NCBI GenBank assembly: GCA_026395915.1
Contig: JAPLXU010000011.1
Location: 15,688-79,687, forward strand
Direction of reading: 5' to 3'
DNA: 64,000 nucleotides
Origin: Candidatus Nomurabacteria bacterium
GTDB taxonomy: Bacteria; Patescibacteriota; Minisyncoccia; Phycocordibacterales; UBA9973
Shown here: positions 36,554 through 44,671 of the stretch, one piece after another
Numbering within the stretch: the stretch's first letter is position 1
How the letters are laid out: the number at the start of each line of letters is the position of its first letter
Program-made: the position numbers and the translations under genes
The notes under the pieces: generated by a model
Database searches by the model: none
What the model saw: only the letters and a program-made list of their open reading frames with translations
Told to the model about the DNA's origin: nothing

Positions 36554-37732
36554 ATGAAAATCCTTTCGATCGAAACGTCTTGCGACGATACAGGCATCAG
36601 TATAATGGAAGCAAAAAGAAGCGTCACAGGCGCTTCTTTTCGAGTGTTGGCAAATAATTCAAATTCGCAAATAAATGTCCATATCCCCTACGGAGGAGTC
36701 TATCCTGTGCTTGCTAAACGAGAACACAAAAAAAACTTACCGACCGTTCTCGAAGCAAGTCTGAAAGAAGCGAAGTTAGATAAAGAAAAGAAACCTGTAG
36801 ACGCTATAGCTGTCACTTATGGCCCGGGCTTGGAAATGTGCCTTTGGGAAGGTATCACTTTTGCAAAAGAATTAGCCGAAAAATGGAAAGTGCCTTTGAT
36901 ACCTGTGAATCACATGGAGGGACATATTTTTTCGGTATTTGGAAAAAATAAGGGAAAATTCTCAATACCAAAAATAAAATTTCCAGCTTTATCGCTTTTG
37001 GTTTCTGGTGGACACACGCAACTGGTGCTCATGAAAAAGTTGATGGATTACGAAATAATCGGTGAAACTTTAGACGACGCAGTCGGCGAAGCTTTTGATA
37101 AGGTCGCGAGAATGCTCGAACTCCCCTATCCCGGCGGACCGCAAATCTCAAAATTAGCAGAGGGGTGCAGAGTTAAAGAAAAACAATCTTTGCGGGGTGT
37201 CTCGCAGGCCGACGGGCCGAGAGGCAGCGCTGGGTCAGCAGACCCAGACAGCGACCCCGAAAAGATTAGTTTTTCTTTCACTCTGCCAAGACCCATGCTT
37301 CATAGCAAAGATTTCAATTTCTCTTATGCAGGATTGAAAACCGCGGTGCTTTATTTGATTCGCGATTTGCAAAAAAAAGATTCAAACATTTTACAAAATG
37401 ATAAAATAAAAAAAGCCATAGCATTGGAATTCGAAAACGCCGCAATTGAGTGTCTTGTCAAAAAGACACGAAAGGCCGTAGAAAAATATGGCATAAAAAC
37501 TCTCATCGTGGCTGGTGGGGTGGCATGCAATACGCATCTGCAAAGAGAAATGTCCGCCATAAACGAATCCGCCCCTCGAGGAAAAAAAATCAAAATCTTT
37601 TTTCCGCCGAAAGGTCTCTCGGGAGATAATTCAATAATGATAGGCATAGCAGGATACTTGAATTACATAAAAAATAAGAAAAAAGTCCCGAAACCAAACA
37701 GCATAAAAGCCGTCGGCAACCTGAGACTTTGA
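36554..37732 (+). CDS. tsaD: tRNA t6A synthase TsaD with a structured insertion
   Basis: IETSCDDT, HMEGH, VSGGHT, DDAVGEAFDK, GDNSIMI. Confidence 0.95.
   Translation: MKILSIETSCDDTGISIMEAKRSVTGASFRVLANNSNSQINVHIPYGGVYPVLAKREHKKNLPTVLEASLKEAKLDKEKKPVDAIAVTYGPGLEMCLWEGITFAKELAEKWKVPLIPVNHMEGHIFSVFGKNKGKFSIPKIKFPALSLLVSGGHTQLVLMKKLMDYEIIGETLDDAVGEAFDKVARMLELPYPGGPQISKLAEGCRVKEKQSLRGVSQADGPRGSAGSADPDSDPEKISFSFTLPRPMLHSKDFNFSYAGLKTAVLYLIRDLQKKDSNILQNDKIKKAIALEFENAAIECLVKKTRKAVEKYGIKTLIVAGGVACNTHLQREMSAINESAPRGKKIKIFFPPKGLSGDNSIMIGIAGYLNYIKNKKKVPKPNSIKAVGNLRL
37167..37286 (+). repeat. 120-bp branched palindromic element in-frame in tsaD
   Basis: Outer stem GCAGAGT.AAAGAAAAAC-AATCTTT.CGGGGT / ACCCCG.AAAGATT.GTTTTTCTTT.ACTCTGC with two inner hairpins. 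Confidence 0.85.
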
Positions 37733-37854
37733 GGTTGACCTAAAACTCTTTTAGAGCTAGTGTTAAATCAAATAGTAACCAAGAGCCTAATCAAGGGCTT
37801 GAGGTATGACAAAAGAATAGCGTACTAAACACAGATAACAAACGAAAAAGAAAT

Positions 37855-38844
37855 ATGATAAACATCCCGAACTTCACTGACCGTTGCATAAAAGCGATCA
37901 GAGAAAAACAGACCGTGCTCATATGCGGTCTAGATCCTCAACTGCGGTTCATGCCACCTTGTCTTATAAAGGCGGCAGTGACAAGGTTTCAAAGGAGCTA
38001 TCGAGCTATCAGCGAGCTCTTCTTTTCATTCAACCGTCAAATCATCGATGCGGTGGAACCTTTCATCTTTGCTGTCAAACCTCAAATGGCCTTTTACGAA
38101 GCCTATGGCCACTGGGGAATGCATGCGTTTGAACGAACTGTTGCCTACGCACACAGCAAAGGTTTAATCGTCATCGAAGACGCAAAACGTGGCGACGGAG
38201 GCGACACAGCAGATGCCTACGCAAGCGGACACATTGGCAAGGTGGATTTCTTCGGAGAAGGAGACAACCTTTGTGCATTTACTCAGCAATTCTCGCCGGT
38301 TCACGTAGATTGCTTGACAGTCCAGCCAGGCATCGGCGAAGACTGCGTCGGCCGTTTTGTGAAAGCAGTCAAACAACACGGTACTGGAATTTTCGTCGTC
38401 ACCAAATCATCGTTCCGTCCTAACTCAAAAGTCGAGCAACTCGAAACAAAAGCGGGCAGAAAAGTATGGGAGGAAATCGCCAGCATGGTCAGCGAGTGGG
38501 GCCAAGATACTGAAGGCAAAGAAGGCTATCGTAACGTCGGAGTCGTGATGGGCGCAACCTTTCCAGGAGATGCACCAACGATGCGCAAAATCCTTCCAAG
38601 GGCATGGTTCCTCATCCCCGGCTACGGCGGGCAGGGAGGCACTGCAGACGAAGCCGTCGTCGGGATCAACGAAGATGGCTTCGGTGGTGGTGTCAATTCC
38701 TCACGGGCCCTTATTTACGCATTTCTTAAGGGTCAATTTGTCTCAGTGCCGGAGAACTTTGCAAATGCAGCTGAGAAAGCTGCGCGGTTCTCACGCAACG
38801 AGTTGAACGACGCTCTCAGACGGGCAAACAAGTTCAACTACTAA
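37855..38844 (+). CDS. pyrF: Orotidine-5'-phosphate decarboxylase (subfamily 2)
   Basis: CGLDP, KPQMAFYE, DAKRGD, LIPGYGGQGG, VNSSR. Confidence 0.92.
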   Translation: MINIPNFTDRCIKAIREKQTVLICGLDPQLRFMPPCLIKAAVTRFQRSYRAISELFFSFNRQIIDAVEPFIFAVKPQMAFYEAYGHWGMHAFERTVAYAHSKGLIVIEDAKRGDGGDTADAYASGHIGKVDFFGEGDNLCAFTQQFSPVHVDCLTVQPGIGEDCVGRFVKAVKQHGTGIFVVTKSSFRPNSKVEQLETKAGRKVWEEIASMVSEWGQDTEGKEGYRNVGVVMGATFPGDAPTMRKILPRAWFLIPGYGGQGGTADEAVVGINEDGFGGGVNSSRALIYAFLKGQFVSVPENFANAAEKAARFSRNELNDALRRANKFNY

Positions 38845-38934
38845 AGTTTCGACCAATATCAATCACCGGCCCCAGCAACTTCATTGTTGCGGGGCTGTAT
38901 TTTTTTTCCTTATATTTTATGATATTATCTAAAC

Positions 38935-41169
38935 ATGGATTCCAAACTGCCTGAGAAGCTACTTAAACCTTTTAACCCAAAAGAAACCGAAGAAAGAATA
39001 TACAAGCTATGGGAAGATAGCGGTTTTTTTGCGCCTGAAGTACACCCTACTTGGGTGGATGATTCTTCCTTAAACGAGAATTTTGGGAAACCTTTTACTT
39101 TGATAATGCCACCAACAAATGCCAACGGGTCTCTCCATGCTGGGCATGGCTTGGTCATGACTATCGAAGACATAATGGTGCGTTATAAGAGAATGCGAGG
39201 CTTCAAAACGCTTTGGCTCCCGGGATTGGATCATGCCGGTTTCGAGACGCAGGTGGTGTATGAAAAAAAACTGGAAAAAGAAGGACGAACGAGATTTGAA
39301 ATTGAACCCAAAAAACTGTATGAAGAAATTCTTGATTTCACTCTAACTAATTCAAAAAACATAAAATCTCAAGTTAGAAAAATGGGGGCGTCTTGCGATT
39401 GGTCTCGTGAGAAATTCACGTTGGATCCCGACATTGTGAAAATTGTTTATCAAACATTCAAAAAATTGTCCGACGACAATTTGGTGTACAGAGGAAACAG
39501 AATCGTGAGCTGGTGCTCGAAACATCAAACCTCTTTTTCTGATTTAGAAATACTAGACGAAGAACGAATAGATAATTTTTATTATTTGAAATATGGACCG
39601 TTTGTAATAGGCACTTCACGACCGGAAACAAAATTTGGCGACAAATACGTCGTGATGAATCCAAATGATGAAAGATATAAAGACTACAAAGATGGCCAAA
39701 AAATAAAGCTGGAATGGATAAATGGCCCGATAGAAGCCACTATCGTGAAGGACGAGGCAGTAGATATGGAATTTGGCACGGGCGTAATGACCATCACGCC
39801 TTGGCATGACACCGCGGACTTTGAAATCGCTGAAAGACACAAACTTGATAAAGAACAGATCATCGACGAGAATGGAAAATTGCTTCCTATCGCAGGAGAA
39901 TTTGCTGGACAGCATATCAAAAAAGCCAGAGCCTTGATCATAGAAAAACTGCAGAAAAAAGGTTTGGTGGAAAAAATTAATGAAAAATATAAACATGTCG
40001 TGAGGACATGTTACAAATGTGGGACAGTGATAGAACCGCAAATAAAAAATCAATGGTTTGTAAAAATGAAACCCTTAGCAGAGAAAGCTTTGGAAAAAAT
40101 AAATAACGGAGAAATAAAATACATCCCTGATCATTACAAAAAAGTTAGCATTCACTGGCTCTCGAATATTATGGATTGGAATATTTCCAGACAAATAGTC
40201 TGGGGCATACCGATACCGGCAAAAATTTGCGTAAAATGTGGAGCCGGCATGGTAGATCTAGATAATAAAATAAAAAAATGCGCTTCTTGTGGTGGTGAAG
40301 TCGCGCAAGACAAGGACACTTTTGATACTTGGTTCTCTTCCGGCCAATGGCCTTTTGCCACACTTGGCTATCCGGATGGAAAGGATTTTAAAACATTTTA
40401 TCCGACAGACGTCATGGAAACAGCCGGAGAAATTATATTTTTCTGGGTATCTAGAATGATAATGCTTGGCTTGTATGTTACCGGAGAAATTCCATTCAAA
40501 AATGTGTATCTGCATGGTTTGGTTTTAGACGCCAAGGGTCTCAAAATGAGCAAAAGCAAAGGAAACGTTATTGATCCGTTGATACTTACAGGAAAATATG
40601 GCACAGACGCATTTAGAATAGGTATGGTGATTGGCAACACTCCGGGCACTTCGCTGGCTCTTGCGGAAGAAAGGATCCGCGGTTATGGAAAATTTGCCAA
40701 CAAAATCTGGAATGCCACAAGATTCGTGCTTGATAATACAAAAGACTTCAACAATAGTAACACTGAAATAAAATATGATGAAGAAGATAAAAAATCAGAT
40801 GAAGAATTAAAAAAACTAGTAGAAGAAATAACAAAAGAGATGGACGAATATAAGTTCTACATCGTGGCGGAAAAAATCTACCATTATTTTTGGCATACTT
40901 TTGCGGACATCATTATTGAGCGATCAAAAAAGAAAATTCTAGAAAACAAAAATGCAGACTCGGCAAAAGCACTTGTTTATTCACAACTCGTCACCCTTCT
41001 CAAGGTTCTCCATCCTTTTATGCCTTTTGTTACGGAAGAAATTTGGCAAATATTATTACCCCGACGTAAAGTCGGGGAGCCGACTGAAATGTCGGCTTTA
41101 ATGGTTGAAAAATGGCCTGCCCGCAATGCTTCCAGCATAGCTGATGCAGGCGGGCCCGAATCCAAATGA
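38935..41169 (+). CDS. valS: Valine--tRNA ligase lacking the C-terminal coiled coil; repeat-derived tail
   Basis: LHAGH (HIGH-like), DWNISRQ, DTWFSS, KMSKS, LHPFMPFVTEEIW. Confidence 0.96.
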   Translation: MDSKLPEKLLKPFNPKETEERIYKLWEDSGFFAPEVHPTWVDDSSLNENFGKPFTLIMPPTNANGSLHAGHGLVMTIEDIMVRYKRMRGFKTLWLPGLDHAGFETQVVYEKKLEKEGRTRFEIEPKKLYEEILDFTLTNSKNIKSQVRKMGASCDWSREKFTLDPDIVKIVYQTFKKLSDDNLVYRGNRIVSWCSKHQTSFSDLEILDEERIDNFYYLKYGPFVIGTSRPETKFGDKYVVMNPNDERYKDYKDGQKIKLEWINGPIEATIVKDEAVDMEFGTGVMTITPWHDTADFEIAERHKLDKEQIIDENGKLLPIAGEFAGQHIKKARALIIEKLQKKGLVEKINEKYKHVVRTCYKCGTVIEPQIKNQWFVKMKPLAEKALEKINNGEIKYIPDHYKKVSIHWLSNIMDWNISRQIVWGIPIPAKICVKCGAGMVDLDNKIKKCASCGGEVAQDKDTFDTWFSSGQWPFATLGYPDGKDFKTFYPTDVMETAGEIIFFWVSRMIMLGLYVTGEIPFKNVYLHGLVLDAKGLKMSKSKGNVIDPLILTGKYGTDAFRIGMVIGNTPGTSLALAEERIRGYGKFANKIWNATRFVLDNTKDFNNSNTEIKYDEEDKKSDEELKKLVEEITKEMDEYKFYIVAEKIYHYFWHTFADIIIERSKKKILENKNADSAKALVYSQLVTLLKVLHPFMPFVTEEIWQILLPRRKVGEPTEMSALMVEKWPARNASSIADAGGPESK
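41059..41097. repeat. Tandem CCGAC-N-GTCGG hairpins in-frame in valS (39 bp)
   Basis: CCCCGAC-GTAAA-GTCGGGG AGCCGAC-TGAAAT-GTCGGCT. Confidence 0.75.
41116..41154 (+). repeat. 39-bp coding palindromic element (PARNASSIADAGG) in valS
   Basis: 39/39 identical to the murF copy. Confidence 0.95.
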
Positions 41170-41849
41170 CAAATGACCCTAAAATTTTAGCTTTAGCTTT
41201 CCTTGGCGGAATAATTCCGTCTCTTCTGTGGCTTTGGTTTTGGATAAAAGAAGAAGAAAAAAAACCCGAACCGAAAGGAATTCTTACAATCATCTTTATA
41301 GTGGGTATGCTAGCTGTCGTTCTCGTTCTACCGATTGAAAGACTTATTCAAGCGAATATCAGCTCGAATGGTTGGCAACTCGTTCTCTGGGCATCTGCCG
41401 AAGAAATAATTAAATATCTAGCGGTTATAGCAATATTATATCGAACGAATTGCATAAAAGAGGCCGTAGACTGGCCAATATATCTAATCACTGTCGCTCT
41501 TGGTTTTGCTGCTTTTGAAAATACTTTATTTTTGATAAAACCTATAAGGGATGGCGAAACTATTGTAGGCTTACTCACAGGACAACTCAGATTTTTGGGA
41601 TCTACTCTCCTACACGCAGTTTCCAGTGGAATTGTCGGCGTTGCGCTCGGAATCTCAATGCACTTCCATGGATTAAAGAGAAAATGGTATATCCTTGCGG
41701 GTCTCCTCTTGGCCATTGCCTTGCATAGTGTTTTCAATTTCTTTATAATAAAGAGTAGTGGAAATGATTTTTTAAATGTGTTCGCTTTTTTATGGGTCGT
41801 GACTATTATCTTAATGTTACTTTTTGAAAAAGTGCGAAGAATAAATTGA
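41166..41849 (+). CDS. PrsW family intramembrane glutamic protease
   Basis: EEIIK, LGFAAFEN, LH...H..FN. Confidence 0.88.
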   Translation: MTNDPKILALAFLGGIIPSLLWLWFWIKEEEKKPEPKGILTIIFIVGMLAVVLVLPIERLIQANISSNGWQLVLWASAEEIIKYLAVIAILYRTNCIKEAVDWPIYLITVALGFAAFENTLFLIKPIRDGETIVGLLTGQLRFLGSTLLHAVSSGIVGVALGISMHFHGLKRKWYILAGLLLAIALHSVFNFFIIKSSGNDFLNVFAFLWVVTIILMLLFEKVRRIN

Positions 41850-41871
41850 TTATCAATTAAATTATAGAATT

Positions 41872-42360
41872 ATGAAAAACAAAAAAAGAAGTATTTGGGA
41901 AAGGTTAACTGGAAGCGTTAATATTGATGAAGAAGAAAATGAAGAATCAAGAAAAGATTCAATGGCTGGAAATAATGGTGGGAAGAAAGACAGAAAGCAA
42001 GATAATAATTGGATTGAAGAAGAAAATGAGGAAGCGGAATTAGCCGTTGATGTCTACCAGACCCCGACAGACATCATCGTGCAGACTATGGTTGCCGGAG
42101 TAAAGCCTGAAGACTTGGAGTTATCAATCGCTCGCGACATAGTTACCATTTCTGGTGTCCGTGAAGAACATAGAAATATTGACGAAGGAAATTATTTTAC
42201 CAAAGAACTTTACTGGGGAAAATTCTCCCGCACTCTTTCCCTCCCCCAAGAAGTGGAACCAGAAGAAGTTGAAGCGACAGAAAAACACGGACTTCTCACT
42301 ATACGCCTTCGAAAAGTAGACAAAGACAAAACCAATAACGTAAAAGTTAAATCTATTTAG
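41872..42360 (+). CDS. Hsp20/alpha-crystallin family protein
   Basis: VDVYQT, ELYWGKFSRTLSLP, GLLTIRL. Confidence 0.9.
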   Translation: MKNKKRSIWERLTGSVNIDEEENEESRKDSMAGNNGGKKDRKQDNNWIEEENEEAELAVDVYQTPTDIIVQTMVAGVKPEDLELSIARDIVTISGVREEHRNIDEGNYFTKELYWGKFSRTLSLPQEVEPEEVEATEKHGLLTIRLRKVDKDKTNNVKVKSI

Positions 42361-42375
42361 CGAGCGAGTTATTGT

Positions 42376-42451
42376 TGGTGCCGAGGGGCGGGCTCGAACC
42401 GCCGACATCTTCCTCTTCAGGGAAGCGCTACTACCACTGAGCTACCTCGGC
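42376..42451 (-). tRNA. tRNA-Phe(GAA)
   Basis: Loop CTGAAGA; CCA encoded; one extra base in the D-arm. Confidence 0.92.
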
Positions 42452-42469
42452 ATATTTCTTTTTCAACTC

Positions 42470-42727
42470 TTATTTCTTGATATTTTGAAGCATTGTGCTC
42501 AGACTGCCAAGGTTGCTCTGAGCTTCATTATATATCTTCATTATTTGGTCAGTATACGGCTGAATATAATAATACGCGCCGAATGCGGAGCCGATAATGA
42601 TAATCCAATACAAAGCTCTCATGATGCTTGCCATGCGCATTGAACGCCTCATGGAATGCAACATCCCGTTGTTTTCCTCGGCGAGACTCAAACTCCTTCT
42701 TAAAAGCTCTTTTTCTTCTGGAGACAT
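42470..42727 (-). CDS. Small single-TM hypothetical protein
   Basis: EENNGML..MRR followed by one TM helix. Confidence 0.65.
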   Translation of the reverse strand: MSPEEKELLRRSLSLAEENNGMLHSMRRSMRMASIMRALYWIIIIGSAFGAYYYIQPYTDQIMKIYNEAQSNLGSLSTMLQNIKK

Positions 42728-42790
42728 ATATAAATACTAGCAAAAATAGATAAAAAAATCAAAATTGCTACTTTCTAAACATGTAGATAG

Positions 42791-43504
42791 TTATTCTTCA
42801 ACGCATCTTTTGTGTATATCAAATACAATTACTTTTTTTGTATTAAGACAATATATCATATTATGAGCACTCACATCTTTAAATTCTACAAAAAGCTTTT
42901 TTATTATTTCGTTGCGAATTTTTCTAATCCTTTCATATTCATGATCAGCGATAAGAGAAATTTCAGTGTTTCCTGCTTTACTAGACGTTGTGGGCAAAAG
43001 TCTTTCAAGATATTTTTCTAACAATTCCCCTTCCTCCCATTTCGAAACAAAATATGTCGCGTCCTTTTTGTCTTGATATCCAAATTGAAAATCTACAACT
43101 TCAACATTATCTAAATCTTTCAATAATTCTTTCGCTCTTTGCATAGACGCAAACTCTGATACTCCACGACCTTGTTTAAAATATCCAGGAATACGTTTAA
43201 CAAAGAAGATCTCACCTCCAGCTTGAACTTTAAAATATGCATTTAGCGGTCCGGATTGTCCTTCTGACGAACCTGTCGAATCTATTGCAGTAATCTTATA
43301 GTCTTTTTCTTCAAATGTACCATTAACAAAAACTCCGTTTTCTTTCACTTTACTTTCTATCTCTTTCTCTATTTTTTTGAATGATAATATTAAATGAGGA
43401 TGAGTCGAAACAAACTTTTTAAAACTCTCAACATAAGCTAACTGCCTATGTGGTGTTTTTTTTAAAGTAAAATTTTCTTCTGAAGATTCTATGTTCATAA
43501 TCAT
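42791..43504 (-). CDS. Protein-kinase-like fold hypothetical protein
   Basis: FFVKR (VAIK-like), DVSAHNMIY (catalytic-loop-like), VFD. Start moved to just past the tRNA. Confidence 0.55.
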   Translation of the reverse strand: MIMNIESSEENFTLKKTPHRQLAYVESFKKFVSTHPHLILSFKKIEKEIESKVKENGVFVNGTFEEKDYKITAIDSTGSSEGQSGPLNAYFKVQAGGEIFFVKRIPGYFKQGRGVSEFASMQRAKELLKDLDNVEVVDFQFGYQDKKDATYFVSKWEEGELLEKYLERLLPTTSSKAGNTEISLIADHEYERIRKIRNEIIKKLFVEFKDVSAHNMIYCLNTKKVIVFDIHKRCVEE

Positions 43505-43507
43505 CTG

Positions 43508-43579
43508 TGTCCTCGCCGGGAGTCGAACCTGGATCAGCTCGTTAGGAGTGAGCCGTTCTATCCATTGAACTACGAGGAC
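43508..43579 (-). tRNA. tRNA-Arg(CCT)
   Basis: Acceptor GTCCTCG/CGAGGAC; loop CTCCTAA; no CCA. Confidence 0.9.
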
Positions 43580-44208
43580 TTGCACATATCCTGCCTAATT
43601 AAATCTATCATACTCATGATTAATTTGAAATATCTTCCACCTTTCTTTATTCTTAGCCTACACATACCATATTCTAGCTTGCCCACCTTATTTCCTTTTA
43701 TCACATCAATTTTTTGTATAGTATTTCTGGGTAACGACAAGATATGCGTCCAAAATGAAATTGCTTTTTTCTTATCAATATTCTCAAACAGCCTAAGACT
43801 TATTTTTAATTCACTATTCTGCACGTTTAAACTTTTCAAACAAAAAATAACGACTTTTATCATAGAAGGATCGCTATTTATTAGATCAAAACTTGTTTTA
43901 TTGCCTTCTCCCCAATATAAACAAGAAAGTGTTATCATTTTTTCCTTAAAATCAAAACGTTTAATAATCTTAGAGGCTTTCTTTTGAGCTTCTTTCCAAT
44001 CTCTCTCAGACCTTGCCTTGCTTCCACCTCTCTTGATCTTCCAAATTTCTTGATACTCCGGCAAAATTGACACCCCTTGTATGTACTTCCAAATTGTTCC
44101 ATTGGATTTTCTTTTTGTAAGATTTTTTATTTCATACAAAGTATGCCCCGTCTTTCTTAGATTTCTGATTTTAGCTATTTCTTCTGGCGATAGACTTGGC
44201 TTAGGCAT
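43570..44208 (-). CDS. HTH + LAGLIDADG-like protein; stop codon inside tRNA-Arg
   Basis: N-terminal HTH (LRKTGHTLYEIK...GTIWKY); LSCLYWGEG and LINSDPSMIK resemble a LAGLIDADG helix and the following strand. Confidence 0.65.
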   Translation of the reverse strand: MPKPSLSPEEIAKIRNLRKTGHTLYEIKNLTKRKSNGTIWKYIQGVSILPEYQEIWKIKRGGSKARSERDWKEAQKKASKIIKRFDFKEKMITLSCLYWGEGNKTSFDLINSDPSMIKVVIFCLKSLNVQNSELKISLRLFENIDKKKAISFWTHILSLPRNTIQKIDVIKGNKVGKLEYGMCRLRIKKGGRYFKLIMSMIDLIRQDMCKSS

Positions 44209-44262
44209 ATGTATATTGTACCATAAACCATAACTAGGAACAAAACACTTTATCTGAATAGA

Positions 44263-44496
44263 TTAAAGTCCAAGCATTTGAGCTATCTTTGGTTTATTGA
44301 AACCCACGGTAAGTTCGTCGCCAATAATGATTACCGGCACGCCCATTTGCCCGCTTTTTGCTACCATTTCTTTTCTCTTTTCAAGATCGCTCGCCACATT
44401 GTATTCTGTATAAAGCACGTTATTTTCTTTGAAAAAATCTTTTGCCATATGACAGAAATGACAAGTGGGAGTTGAATAAATTGTTACGTTTTTCAT
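44263..44496 (-). CDS. Glutaredoxin/NrdH-like protein
   Basis: YSTPTCHFC, SGQMGVPVI, VGFN. Confidence 0.92.
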   Translation of the reverse strand: MKNVTIYSTPTCHFCHMAKDFFKENNVLYTEYNVASDLEKRKEMVAKSGQMGVPVIIIGDELTVGFNKPKIAQMLGL

Positions 44497-44581
44497 AATG
44501 TTTTTTTGATTAAATTAATAATGAGTTTGCATTATAGCATACTTGCGGCGAAGTCAAAATGACGGTAAGATCTTCTTACAA

Positions 44582-44652
44582 GCGAGTATGGTTTAGTGGT
44601 AGAATGAGTCCTTCCCAAGGATTAGACGGGGGTTCGATTCCCCCTACTCGCA
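44582..44652 (+). tRNA. tRNA-Gly(CCC)
   Basis: Acceptor GCGAGTA/TACTCGC; loop TTCCCAA. Confidence 0.93.
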
Positions 44653-44671
44653 CAAAAATATTTTAATTTTT

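Noticed and set aside
39043-39057. CACCC-TACTT-GGGTG hairpin in the valS N-terminal loop
   Set aside because: A 5-bp stem is expected by chance; cannot be supported without orthologs.
42376-42451. tRNA-Phe as a pseudogene or intron-containing tRNA
   Set aside because: Only one extra D-arm base; the other stems and CCA are intact.
42769-42792. Possible fourth copy of the 34-bp palindrome
   Set aside because: Only partial similarity (CTAC..ACATGT.GATAGT) with the wrong spacing.
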